Shown here piece after piece: positions 8,521 to 18,649 of a stretch of 64,000 nucleotides of DNA (within the stretch, counting starts at the first letter, position 1; each line of letters opens with the position of its first letter). The translations under genes and the position numbers were made by a program. The stretch spans positions 2,560,001 to 2,624,000 of the forward strand of contig OZ244720.1 of NCBI GenBank assembly GCA_965219085.1, in the 5' to 3' direction. The notes beneath the pieces are model-generated. The model was not told where the DNA came from and searched no databases. It saw only the letters and a program-made list of their open reading frames with translations. Source of the DNA: Dehalococcoidia bacterium. GTDB lineage: Bacteria; Chloroflexota; Dehalococcoidia; UBA2979.

Positions 8521-10233
8521 CTAGACGAAGTAGGACTCGTCCATGTCGGGATGCGGCTGAAGCGGAGTTCCGAGCAGGCGGATACCACCCGCTTCGAACC
8601 GGCGCAGCATCTCGTTCTCGTAGCACTCGTTGACGACGCTGCACTGAGCGTCGTTCAGATAGAAGGCGAAGCTCCTGACCCGATCGTGCGTACGTGCGAA
8701 TTCCTCACCGTCGACGTACTCAGCCTCGCAGCACTCCTGGAACGCACGGACCGCGGCCTCGACCTCATCCCGGTGCACCTGTGGCCGCAGTCGCGGTAGG
8801 AGGTCGACTGTGCCGTCGTCTGAAATGACGACGACGACTGAGCCTTCGGCCATGGTGCTCTGATACCGCACAGCCGAGTTGAAGCGAGAGCCCCGAGCTG
8901 GATCGCCGCGCCCGGTTGTTTCGCCGTCGAGAATCACACCAAAGGCGTGGCAGCGACCGTCTGACCCGAGTAGAATAGCCCCGTCTACGCGACCGAAGCG
9001 GACGATGTCGGCCGTCTCCAGAAACTCGGGCTCGATCGGCACAGCTTCCGCGCCGAGACGAGCAGTCTCGGCCTCGGGTTCGCCTGACACCACGAGCGTG
9101 GTGCCGTGCCCACTACCCTGTACTCCCTGAATGATCTCCCAGATACGGCCGATGTCAGCATGCCCGAGGATCCTTCGAGCGGTATCCACGAACTCGTCGG
9201 CATCGAGCAACGGCCGCGGGAGGGTTGGCTGGCCGTAGGAAACCCGCACCAGCGGGGACCCATCGACGCTCAATTCCCACACGGCGTGATCAGTCACCGA
9301 GATCTCGACTACGTCTGGAGCGGAAGGGCAGGCTCCGAGGCCGTATACACCTTCATGGTCTGCGAGCACCGCGTTCGATCCGTCGCTCAGTTCCAGCAGC
9401 TTTCGGATGCTTCTCGCCTGTCGGAGAGGGACGGGTCGTTGTAGCTGCACGCGGAGCCGGTCGGCGGTCTTCTCCCGGCGAGCGATCACGAGACGCCCGG
9501 CGGCAGCGGTGCGTTCGTAACCGAGAGAAGCGAACTCGTTCACCCAGGAGAACAGACCGGTCGGCCAAGTCGTCGCTCGGTATGCCGCTCCCTCCGCCAG
9601 TCGCGCAGCAGCGACCCTGACGATGTCCTCCGTCATGCCGAGGGGAGAGAGGTCCGCGCCGGGATCTGGTAGGTACAAGGCTCGGTCCGCACGGTGCAGA
9701 CACTCCGCGATCAGCTCGTGCTGTAACGATCGCCCAACATGGACGCGGTCAACTACTGAGTCATCAAGGGCGGGAAGGGAATCGAGTGCTGCGGTCGGGA
9801 TTCCGAGACACGTGTGCACGTGATAGCCGTCGATTGGTGCTCCGCTGCTCGCGAAGAAAGTCATTCCACCGAACGCGCGCGATGCTTCGATGGCTTCGAC
9901 GAGAGCGTCTCCACGCGATCGTCGGAATAGCTGGCGACGCCGCAAGTCATGAAGGCGGGGATCGGTGTGGAACAAGCGCGAATCCGGGTTCTCCTCGAAC
10001 AGTTCCTCCGTCCGGGCCGCGACCGCTGTCAGATTGTCGACGGTGAGGGGGCCGCCCTCGGGCTCGACACAGACCTGGTGCGCCAGACCGTCGTCAAGTG
10101 CGAAGCCCACCAGCACGACGCGCGGCTTCACCGGAAGCCCGATCGTTGCGAGGGCGCGTTCGATACCTTGTGCGACGATGATTCTGAAGTGCCGCTGGAA
10201 GCCCCACATGAACTGATCGATCGTATCGTTCAC
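8521..10233 (-). CDS. Diadenylate cyclase (DisA_N/DAC) domain protein with long N-terminal sensor-like region (DACNG-type)
   Basis: C-terminal VDGAILL..FGVILDG..RGSRFNSA..VVVISDDG are DAC motifs; N-terminal FMWGFQRHFR. Confidence 0.8.
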   Translation of the reverse strand: MNDTIDQFMWGFQRHFRIIVAQGIERALATIGLPVKPRVVLVGFALDDGLAHQVCVEPEGGPLTVDNLTAVAARTEELFEENPDSRLFHTDPRLHDLRRRQLFRRSRGDALVEAIEASRAFGGMTFFASSGAPIDGYHVHTCLGIPTAALDSLPALDDSVVDRVHVGRSLQHELIAECLHRADRALYLPDPGADLSPLGMTEDIVRVAAARLAEGAAYRATTWPTGLFSWVNEFASLGYERTAAAGRLVIARREKTADRLRVQLQRPVPLRQARSIRKLLELSDGSNAVLADHEGVYGLGACPSAPDVVEISVTDHAVWELSVDGSPLVRVSYGQPTLPRPLLDADEFVDTARRILGHADIGRIWEIIQGVQGSGHGTTLVVSGEPEAETARLGAEAVPIEPEFLETADIVRFGRVDGAILLGSDGRCHAFGVILDGETTGRGDPARGSRFNSAVRYQSTMAEGSVVVVISDDGTVDLLPRLRPQVHRDEVEAAVRAFQECCEAEYVDGEEFARTHDRVRSFAFYLNDAQCSVVNECYENEMLRRFEAGGIRLLGTPLQPHPDMDESYFV

Positions 10234-10329
10234 GCTACACCCTGCGCGCAGACTGGCGATCCAGCATCGGGGGGCCACTCTAGCACGGTGGTGGCGATGA
10301 ACCGCACGGACGCCGCAGCCCGCGCCACG

Positions 10330-10825
10330 CCAGCGGAGCCGCCAGCCGCTGTGGAACATGGGACACGCCGGCGCCGTGCACGCTTCATCGCGGCGCTCAC
10401 CACGCAGTCGCGCGCGCGGATGGGATCTCATCCAGCTCGACCCGCCCCACCGGGCGTGGCGTTACTTCCGCCGCGACAGACGCCTGCGCTCCGTGCTGCC
10501 CGACGCCTTCGCCGCCTTGCGCAGCGGGACGACGCTGTGGCCGTGCTTCGTCGAGCGAGCGCCGCGGGGTGCGGCCCTCAACGATGGCGGCGAAGCTCGC
10601 ACCCTACCAGCGCCATTACGCCACGCCCCGGCCTACCGACAAGCACGGCGCGCGGCCCGCCGTGCTTGTCGTCTTCGGCGACGAACTCGCCTCGCACCAC
10701 ATCCTGCGCGGGGGCGGGAGGAGATGGAGCGCACCGGCGTTGACATGCCGCTCCGGGTCTCCCACGCGAGCCTCGTTGACGCGGGAGTGGCCGCTGGGAG
10801 CCCGGCTCGCCCGACCTCCCTATGA
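10330..10825 (+). pseudogene. Frameshifted remnant of a replication-relaxation-like gene
   Basis: Pieces in several frames: LPDAFAALR..PCFVER, KLAPYQRHY..DKHGARPAVLVVFGDE, EMERTGVDMPLRVSH. Confidence 0.5.
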
Positions 10826-10831
10826 TGGTCC

Positions 10832-11560
10832 GTGACGGCAATCGATCGGAGCACGCCATTGGACTGGACAACCATCGTTGACGTCGAGGCGGGCATTGCC
10901 AACTGCGGACTCTGCCGCGATCGATCCGCCGGCAAGCGCGTGTCGCCGCAGCCGAGTTGGATCGGACGTGACTACGCGCCCGGAGGCGTCGCGTTCGTGC
11001 TCCAGAACGCCGTTGCGCCCCCGGACGGCGATGCATGGGCCAGGCGCGACGAATCCCTCACGCTCCTGCTGCAGCAGTTCAGGGCGGCGCCAACCGCGCC
11101 GCACTACCATCAGTTCGTGGCCGAAGTGCACGCCCAAATGCTGGGCCGCGACGATCGCAGTACCGAGAGGTGGGAGACCTGGACCGATCTGGTCGGCAGG
11201 TGCGTCGAGGGTTGCCTCGAGCCAACGCATCTCGCGTGGATGAACGTGGCGAAATACCGCAGACCGCGCCGGCAGAACCTGCTCGGCGAAGAACGGAATC
11301 ACGGCGTTCACCATCTGCGCGAAGAGCTTCGAGTACTGCAGCCACGCCTCATCGTGACGGCTGGCCGGGAGGCGCAGATGGCGGTGCGCCGCATCGAGGG
11401 TGAGTGGGCTGAACCGCTCCACGTGCCACTACAGAATCCACAGCCGAGTCAGACGCTCGCAGTATCGGGTCGGATCCAGCGCGAGCGGCTGTGCCGCCGC
11501 GAGCCGAGGGGCAAGAAGGCACGCATGCGCGCCTCTCGCTCAAACCGAATCGGGCGGTGA
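10832..11560 (+). CDS. Uracil-DNA glycosylase (family 4-like) superfamily protein, copy 2 (intact)
   Basis: 242 aa; IANCGLC, WMNVAKYRRP, HLREELRVLQPRLIVTAGREA. Canonical GEAPG and HPS motifs not seen. Confidence 0.65.
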   Translation: MTAIDRSTPLDWTTIVDVEAGIANCGLCRDRSAGKRVSPQPSWIGRDYAPGGVAFVLQNAVAPPDGDAWARRDESLTLLLQQFRAAPTAPHYHQFVAEVHAQMLGRDDRSTERWETWTDLVGRCVEGCLEPTHLAWMNVAKYRRPRRQNLLGEERNHGVHHLREELRVLQPRLIVTAGREAQMAVRRIEGEWAEPLHVPLQNPQPSQTLAVSGRIQRERLCRREPRGKKARMRASRSNRIGR

Positions 11561-11582
11561 TGGATGGACCGAGGAGCGGCCG

Positions 11583-12353
11583 ATGTCGGGACTGATCGAG
11601 CACCTGCGATCCTTCAACAGGAAGGAGCGCTTCATCCTGCTCCGCGAGGTGCTCGGTAGCGACACCCTCGGCGACGTCTTCCGCCGGCGACTCGCGGACT
11701 GCACCGGCGTCGCGGTCCCTGCAGATGCGTTCGTCGCGATGGACTACCACCTCGACTGGCTGCAGATGGCGCTCTACCTAGCAGCCACTCCCTCGCCGCC
11801 GGAGCGAATCTCCAACGACCAACTCGTCTCCGGGAACCAGGAAGACGCCGACCTGCTCGTCGCGTTCGACGTCGACTCGACGACGCACGTCGTCTTGATT
11901 GAAGCCAAGGTGGAGACGAACTGGACGAACAGGCAGCTCAACTCGAAGGCCGGGCGGCTGAGCCGGATCTTCGGCGAAGGCCGGCCCGGCGTTCACCTGG
12001 CAACGCCACACTACGTGCTCGCATCACCCGAACCACCCCCTCCGGGCATCAGCGCTGCCGAGTGGCCCGAGTGGATGAAGCCGCGTGGCGAGCCGGTCTG
12101 GATGGAACTCGAACGGCCGGCCGGGCTGAAGAAGCCGACGCGCTGCACGGCGCGCGGCAGGACCTCGCACCGGGGCCGCTTCGTGCGCATCGACTCGTTG
12201 AGCGGCGGAGACCAGCCGGAGGCGCCGGGCTCCGGTCCGTACGAGACCCTGCACAAGGGCCAGACGTACACGGTCGACGCCGAAGGCTTCGTGCTGCTGG
12301 CCTCAGGGCGGCGCGACAAGCGCTACAAGTACCCGCTCGGCGAGCACCCCTGA
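11583..12353 (+). CDS. Putative PD-(D/E)XK nuclease-fold protein, copy 2
   Basis: ATG at 11583 after GAGGAG; colinear with 690..1460. Confidence 0.6.
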   Translation: MSGLIEHLRSFNRKERFILLREVLGSDTLGDVFRRRLADCTGVAVPADAFVAMDYHLDWLQMALYLAATPSPPERISNDQLVSGNQEDADLLVAFDVDSTTHVVLIEAKVETNWTNRQLNSKAGRLSRIFGEGRPGVHLATPHYVLASPEPPPPGISAAEWPEWMKPRGEPVWMELERPAGLKKPTRCTARGRTSHRGRFVRIDSLSGGDQPEAPGSGPYETLHKGQTYTVDAEGFVLLASGRRDKRYKYPLGEHP

Positions 12354-12417
12354 GGACTGCCGGCACTGTGCTGGGGCGATGACGGCGGCCCCGTCGGCTC
12401 TGGCTCGGCACTCCCGG

Positions 12418-12845
12418 CTACCCCTCCCGCCGGAGTTGATCGACTCGCCGCAGCATCGCCGTCATGAGTTCGGACTCGATCGCTTGCGCGAGGGCGCTTT
12501 CGGCGAAGCGGTCCCCGCGGATCACCACCGTGAGGAGCCGCGCGAGGTCGAGCACGGCCGCCTGTTCGAGCGCCCCGCCGGTCATCCCGAAGGCGCCGTG
12601 CCTCAGGCGTCTCCGCCCACGCGAACCAATCCAAGTCGGGGCGCACCCAGCCGTCGTCGCAGCCGTTCGGCATCGTGCCATTGCGCCAGCGCTGCAGCTG
12701 CCGGACACCCACGCCCAGGCATCGCGCCAGCCCGTCCCATGGGACGCTACTCCGCCTTCAGGCGAGCGAGGCGCGCCGGGAGGTCCTTCACGACGTGCGT
12801 CGCGTCGACCAACAGGTGCGACGGCGGGTGGGCGCTGCGCCTCAC
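12418..12845 (-). pseudogene. Fused remnants of XRE-HTH (5') and DUF6508-like (3') genes
   Basis: A deletion joins ..RQLQRWRNGTMPNG to DGWVRPDLDW; further frameshifts; ends ..LLRRVDQLRREG*-like. Confidence 0.7.
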
Positions 12846-13027
12846 GCCGCGCCGTCGTTCCGGGCTGGCTTCTTGGCGGCAGCGCCGCGGCCTGTCGCCG
12901 ACACTGCGGACAAGTCGTCGCCGGGAGCGTCCGCGTAGAGGTGGGGGTGAGTGAGGACGTGGCGCGCAATGATGCGGGCCCGCGCGCGCAGGCCGTCGAG
13001 GCGCGTCCGCTCGTGCTCGTCGCTCAC
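12842..13027 (-). CDS. Small recombinase-associated protein, copy 2
   Basis: VSDEHERTRLDGLRARARIIARHVLTHPHLY.. Confidence 0.5.
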   Translation of the reverse strand: MSDEHERTRLDGLRARARIIARHVLTHPHLYADAPGDDLSAVSATGRGAAAKKPARNDGAA

Positions 13028-13539
13028 AGCTTGCTTCTCTACCGCCCGTCCCGCAGCCCGGCGCGCGGTCCGACCCCAATCGCCGCCCGGCTCGCAGAAT
13101 GCCTGTTCCAGGACTGTAGTTTCGGGCATGGACGACTGCAGGGCAGTCCCTCGGAAGGGATTTCACGAATGAAATGGCCGCCTTCAGGCGAGCGAGGCGC
13201 GCCGGGAGCCCCGGAGGGCGATACGGCCTGCGCGGATCCCTCGCGCCCAGTGCCCCAGTGGCCGAGCTGACAGCGGTTGCCCCGTCCCGTCCAAGAAGGC
13301 CGGCGGCCGATTTCTCACCACTAGAGAAAGGAAGGCATGACTGCTCGCCTGTCACAAACGGCGGTCCGGAGTTCCTACCCTTCCGCAGGACGTTCGCACG
13401 GCAGCCGAAGGCTGGCGGATGAGCATAGCGAGGAATCCGGTCATGGAAACGCGTCCGCCGTCGATGACATCGAGGCACAAGTCCATAACTTCGAGTCAGG
13501 AGCAACGATCCACCAGGGGTTCACGCCCGTTGGTTCCAG

Positions 13540-16500
13540 CTACTGATCGTCGTCAGTTGGGCTCCCGTCATTGGACTTGGCGAACTGGTACACGAGGCTC
13601 TTCGCTTCGGCCACACCCGATAGTGTGATGGAGCCGCGTTCCGTCGGTCGGAGTTGGTTCAGGGGATCGACGACAATACGGATGGTCGGCTGTGCATCCG
13701 CACCCTCCTCCAGGTTCGAGACAACGACCAAGAAGAAGTCGGCCGTCGTGAGCGCTCGCCGCACCTCGGAGTTCGTTAGCGTCACTTCGTTCGGTTCGGT
13801 TCCGGAGCTGACCTTCAGCTCGTAGTACTTCCCCAACTCGTCCACCGCGTCGGCACCAACACCGCGCTGGGCGCGGATGTCGGCGATCTGTTCCTCGTCG
13901 CTGCCGAGCAGCATTCTCAGAAGCTCTAGCCCTACATCCTCCTTGTCGATGTCGGAGTACGCCCGCAAAGGGGTCCTATTGCGTGGTCCGCGGGAACCGC
14001 GCTTCGGGTCGTTAAGGCTGCCGCCGCGAGCCGTCCTACCGCGACCTCCGCGCGTTCCATCCGGCGATCCCCGATCAGCGCGCCCCCTCGCGTCGACCAG
14101 CGTGAGGGACTGAGGGTCTACGAGGGTCCTGAGAGCCGTAGCCGAATAACTGGCCTCCCGGCGGTCGCGGCCATCGCCTCCGAGGCGGGGTGTCTGAGTC
14201 TTGCCAGCAGTTCCACCCGCCCTACCTCGAGGCGAGCGCTGCTTGCGGGCGGTCCTTTCCCGAAGCTCGTCTAGACGACGATCGGCATCGAGTTCTGCCT
14301 CTTCGCGCTCAGCGCGTTCGCGGGCAAGTTCGAGAGCTCGCGCTTTGATCCCGGCCTCGGCTTGGTCGCACGCAGCCCGCCACGCTTGCGCAACTAGCCT
14401 CGCTCCAGTCTTGAAGATCGCCGCGAGCGCTCTCCCGCCTCCATCAACGCGAGCAAGTACCTCGGGGTCAGTTACGAAGACCGTGCCAACGTCCGTGTCG
14501 ACCGTCGCGTCTACTCCGCATTCATACGTCTGACCGGAATCCACGCTTACGGCGAGCGTGAGCGACGGATGCACCTTCACGGCGTACGTGGCCAAGCGGC
14601 TCCAGGGCACGGTGAGGCTCTCAGCGAGTTGCGCATCGTTGCGCTGCAGGTCGTCGCGCAGTAACTCAACGGCCTGTCGAAAAAGCCCGGTCGATTCGGG
14701 GGCTTCCGTTGCGAGATCGGGCTCGACTACTACAGTCTCCTTTGTTTGGATCTCCGTAACGCGCAGCGGCGCGAGTATGGAGCGGAACTGATCAAGCCCT
14801 CCCCCGGGTTGCCAGATCGGTACACGATCGCCCAGGCCGTCGGCTAGAACCCGGTCGTTGGTCGCGAAGACAGGCCGGTCGCGCCTCCATCCCTGGCTGG
14901 TCCACAGAGCCAATCCTGCGAGTTTTCGGCGCTCGACCGTGACTCCCCGTGCGTGGTGTTCGGAGAGTGCGCGCAGTGTCTCGAGGAGGATGACCTCCTC
15001 GGTAGCGTCCGGAGCGTGTTTGCGCCGATTAGCCACTTGGCGGAGGACGTCGAGGCAGTCGCTCGGTAACGGTCGTCTGAGCCGAAGCGCGCGCCACAGC
15101 GGCTGACATCCCGCGATCGCAGGGGCGAATGCGCGAAGGTCCCGGAAGATTGGTGGTCCGAGGAGCACACTCCGAGGAGGAAGCCAACCCACATTCGTGA
15201 GCAAGAGACTGTCACGAGCGAACTCGTCTCGCAATTGATCTGCAGTCAGGTCGGAGTCGGCGACGTCACCATCGAGACCTCGTGCCAGAGCGCGGTAGAC
15301 ACGAGCCGTCTCGTGGCGCTGGTCTTCGGATGAGCCCTCATCATCGTACGAGGCATACCGGAGTTCTCGAAGCCGCGCCACCATCTCGGAACGACTGGGA
15401 TCACTCGAAACGCCAAGTGCGGTCAAGAGTGCAGGGCGCTTCGCTCGAGCGAGATCCGCATGCAAGTAGTCCGGCGAGTCGACACCGTATATCGCCTCAG
15501 TGCCGGGCGTTCGGACGCGCAATTCCGATGGCTTGCGCGGAGACCCGCCCTCATCGTCAAGCCAAGCAACATCGCCGGCTTGCAGGAGCCAGAAGGCTGG
15601 GATCTTCCCCGTCGTCACCCAACCATAGTTCGCAGCCGCAGCATCGACCTGTGCGAAGTCGCTCAACCGACGGTTCCACGCTCGCCCGAGTGCCGCGAGC
15701 ATGGCGCTGGCCCTCTCTCTCCGACGCTTGCCTTGCTGCTCACTTGCAATGTCGCTGATCACCGCCTGGAGGTCAGGACTGTCGTGGTCTTGGAGCGTGT
15801 ACTCGGCGCCTCGTTCCCGCAGAGCTTGGAAGCGAGTAGACGGCGCACCGGACACCCGAAGGTGTACACCGCGCCGCACATCCCTCTGGTAGCTCTTGGT
15901 CCGGTGCGGGTGCGATCGGAGTCGCGGTGCCGTTTCGGCACCCAGCAATCGGAGGAAGCCAAGGGCGCCGAGCCCCTCGCGCCCTGCGTCCGAGCGGAGA
16001 GTCCTGGAGTAGCTGTCGCTGAGCCACATGATCCTCCAGGATTCACCTGCTGCAACAGCGAAACTGTCACGTTCTCGATCGATCGTCCGGGGCAGGTAAG
16101 CGTCGGCAGGCCGAGCGGAAGCGACCCGTCGCCCGCCGTTACCGTTGTAGTCGTATCTGTACGACTCGAGCCGAACCGCGCGACCGACATCAGGCCCCAG
16201 CTTCTCAGCATCGCGGCGATCGAGACGCTCGAAAGCACCCCGAAGCGCCTGCACCTGCTCGTCCGTGAGTTGGCCGCCAAGGGAGCGCCCAGCCCGCCCT
16301 GCCTCGGCGAGACGGCGTACCACTTCCCCATCGTCGGAACCGTCGAGCAGAGCGCCGCACTCCTGCAGCCAATCCAGTACCTCCGGAGCGCCGTTCTCTT
16401 GGGCCAAGTGGGCAGGGTGAATGAGCGTGGTTACGCCGAGTCGCTCCGCGAGCGGTGTAGTCGATACGGCGACGGCTGACGTGGATGCCCGCGCCGGAGG

Positions 16501-18087
16501 AACGATCCGGCGTCCGTCATGAGCGATCACGCAAGGGAGTTCGAGCAAGCGTGCTGCGAGACCCTCTCGCAGCGCGGCCGCGACGACCCCGATTGTCGAT
16601 TCGATTGGGCGCGCCTTATCACTCACGACTTCGAGCGCCTGTTCCACACTGACAGTCGTGGGCAGATCAGCTCGGTGGCTCCGCCAGTCCTCGAGTACCA
16701 ACCGCCACCTTCCAGCGCGATCCCGGACGTCGCTTGGGAGCGTAGCGGTAAGGCCGGCCAATCTTGCGGTCTCCGCTTCATGCAGGAGTTCTTCTAGCGG
16801 CTGTGCCTCCACCGCAAGCCTCGACAAGCGAACATGGCCTTGTCCACGCACCGGGAACGCCAACCGGGATGCCACGACTCTTCTGGCGTTCTCCAGGATG
16901 GTGGTCTCAAGCGTCTGGACCACACCCGAAGCAACCTCGCCCTCGGAAGGAAGTGGGAGTGGCATTGCGTGCCAGGCAGCCTGGGGATCACGACCGAATA
17001 GATCGAGCACCGCCTCTGTCCAAACCTCCGCGACGAGGCGCGCGAGCGCTTCGTTCCACTTCGAGTCAGCGAAGTCTGTCCGGCTGGTGAGCGGATCGAA
17101 CTGGGCGTTCGCGAAGAGCGGTGCACGTATCGGGGTGACAGGCAGCCCTGCGTAGACTTGGCCCGCGTCAGTAGGCCCAAGCGGTAACGCCACTGCAACA
17201 GGAGTCGTAGGATCTGTTGCCTTCTCTGCACGGTGGAGGCCGGGAGGGCTGGGTACGTCTGCGCTGTAGACGGCCCAAGTACGCCCGTCTGTTGTCTCCG
17301 CGTGCCCTCGCGCTATTCGGGACGGGCCCGATGCTAATCCCACGTCACCGTCTTGTTGGCGCGAGAGTGCGAGTTGGCCAATCTGACCACCTTCAAGGTC
17401 CAGCAATGTGACGCGACCTACATGGCGAAGGAACAGCAGCGCTGAGTCGTCCCAGCGATCAAGCCACTCCTTGAGTTCCGACGCTTGCAGCGTCCCGGGC
17501 TGTAGGGGGATCCGGAGTGTCGTCCAGCCTGGCTGACCGAACTGCGGCGGCAGTTCGCGCATCTCGACGGGTGCCACTGTTGGTTCGCCGATCTGGATGT
17601 GATAGGGGGCGCAGTGCACCTCAAGCGTCGTGGACAACGATCGCAAGGTTGCGAGCCCAATGCCGAACCGCCCTATGGTAGCCGCCTCACCGGCCTTAGT
17701 GCTCAGCCATGGGGTCGCCAAACTGAGCACGTGCCGGAGCCGTACCGGACTGCCGTTATGGCTCGCCAGCAGATCGGTAGGCCTCAGTTGGAAGCGTACC
17801 TCCGAAGCCTCTGCATCGTCGGCGTTCTGAATGATCTCAGCGAGGCCTTGAAGCCGATTCGCTGAGAGGAGGCTCCCGCTACTGCGGGCTGCGCCCAGTG
17901 CCTTCGCAATCGAACCGGGAAGTTCCTCGAACAACTTACCAAGGCGCTGGACCGCCGCTCGGGCCTCCGGAACGGTGCTGGGTTCGAAAGAGGGGGCATC
18001 AGAGGCGAGCTTCGGGTCGAAGACTTGCTCGGCAGCCTCAACGGCGAGCTTGATCCGGTCGATGTCGCTGCCCGGTGTTTCTAGCAT
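13540..18087 (-). CDS. Sacsin/NOV-like GHKL ATPase fused to C-terminal DUF3883-type nuclease
   Basis: N-terminal AEIIQNADDA..SHNG..IGRFGIGL; C-terminal EDVGL..GVGADAVD..YYELKVS..LTNSE. Confidence 0.8.
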   Translation of the reverse strand: MLETPGSDIDRIKLAVEAAEQVFDPKLASDAPSFEPSTVPEARAAVQRLGKLFEELPGSIAKALGAARSSGSLLSANRLQGLAEIIQNADDAEASEVRFQLRPTDLLASHNGSPVRLRHVLSLATPWLSTKAGEAATIGRFGIGLATLRSLSTTLEVHCAPYHIQIGEPTVAPVEMRELPPQFGQPGWTTLRIPLQPGTLQASELKEWLDRWDDSALLFLRHVGRVTLLDLEGGQIGQLALSRQQDGDVGLASGPSRIARGHAETTDGRTWAVYSADVPSPPGLHRAEKATDPTTPVAVALPLGPTDAGQVYAGLPVTPIRAPLFANAQFDPLTSRTDFADSKWNEALARLVAEVWTEAVLDLFGRDPQAAWHAMPLPLPSEGEVASGVVQTLETTILENARRVVASRLAFPVRGQGHVRLSRLAVEAQPLEELLHEAETARLAGLTATLPSDVRDRAGRWRLVLEDWRSHRADLPTTVSVEQALEVVSDKARPIESTIGVVAAALREGLAARLLELPCVIAHDGRRIVPPARASTSAVAVSTTPLAERLGVTTLIHPAHLAQENGAPEVLDWLQECGALLDGSDDGEVVRRLAEAGRAGRSLGGQLTDEQVQALRGAFERLDRRDAEKLGPDVGRAVRLESYRYDYNGNGGRRVASARPADAYLPRTIDRERDSFAVAAGESWRIMWLSDSYSRTLRSDAGREGLGALGFLRLLGAETAPRLRSHPHRTKSYQRDVRRGVHLRVSGAPSTRFQALRERGAEYTLQDHDSPDLQAVISDIASEQQGKRRRERASAMLAALGRAWNRRLSDFAQVDAAAANYGWVTTGKIPAFWLLQAGDVAWLDDEGGSPRKPSELRVRTPGTEAIYGVDSPDYLHADLARAKRPALLTALGVSSDPSRSEMVARLRELRYASYDDEGSSEDQRHETARVYRALARGLDGDVADSDLTADQLRDEFARDSLLLTNVGWLPPRSVLLGPPIFRDLRAFAPAIAGCQPLWRALRLRRPLPSDCLDVLRQVANRRKHAPDATEEVILLETLRALSEHHARGVTVERRKLAGLALWTSQGWRRDRPVFATNDRVLADGLGDRVPIWQPGGGLDQFRSILAPLRVTEIQTKETVVVEPDLATEAPESTGLFRQAVELLRDDLQRNDAQLAESLTVPWSRLATYAVKVHPSLTLAVSVDSGQTYECGVDATVDTDVGTVFVTDPEVLARVDGGGRALAAIFKTGARLVAQAWRAACDQAEAGIKARALELARERAEREEAELDADRRLDELRERTARKQRSPRGRAGGTAGKTQTPRLGGDGRDRREASYSATALRTLVDPQSLTLVDARGRADRGSPDGTRGGRGRTARGGSLNDPKRGSRGPRNRTPLRAYSDIDKEDVGLELLRMLLGSDEEQIADIRAQRGVGADAVDELGKYYELKVSSGTEPNEVTLTNSEVRRALTTADFFLVVVSNLEEGADAQPTIRIVVDPLNQLRPTERGSITLSGVAEAKSLVYQFAKSNDGSPTDDDQ

Positions 18088-18205
18088 CACACACTCCGGC
18101 CGGTTGGGCGACCAACTGACGTTGCGGGCTCAGGGATTCGAGCACCGCCATGGTGGCAAGCCGGAGGCGGTGCTCGGAGTGCACAGTCCTGCGTCATACC
18201 TGACC

Positions 18206-18649
18206 CTACTCGGGGAGCACGTCATCCAAGATCGTGACATCCAAGCCCCGAACACGGCGAAAATCGGCGTCGTTAGTAAGGAATAGCGCACACTCGACCT
18301 GCAGGGCAGTCACCGCGTGCAGGGCGTCGGGCGTCTTCAGCCCCGTCTCGGCGCGAAGGCGGGCAGTGGCCTCCCAGAGTTGGCGTGTGACGGGCACGAC
18401 TTGCACCTCTGGGGCAGCAAACACGCTGCGAAAGGCCGTTTCGAGACCGAGATTGCCCTCCCGAATGGGGCGGACAAGCGTTTCAGCTATCGCCAACTCG
18501 CTGCACACCACGACAATCTGCCCCGCCTCGGCTTGCTGCCACGCGGGAGCCAACAACGTGAGGTATGGCTCGTTTCGTTCCACGCTGTAGATGATGGCCG
18601 AGGTATCCAAGTAGATGGACCCGCGTGGCGGAAGGGTCAGCGTTCCCAC
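18206..18649 (-). CDS. vapC: PIN-domain toxin (VapC-like)
   Basis: IYLDTSAIIY..ELAIAETL..LKTPDALHAVTA..FLTNDADF. Confidence 0.9.
   Translation of the reverse strand: MGTLTLPPRGSIYLDTSAIIYSVERNEPYLTLLAPAWQQAEAGQIVVVCSELAIAETLVRPIREGNLGLETAFRSVFAAPEVQVVPVTRQLWEATARLRAETGLKTPDALHAVTALQVECALFLTNDADFRRVRGLDVTILDDVLPE

Larger units (their letters stand above)
10895..13030. repeat. Diverged direct segmental duplication, copy 2
   Basis: Matches 1..~1760, then jumps to ~2571..2950 at about 12655-12661. Confidence 0.9.
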
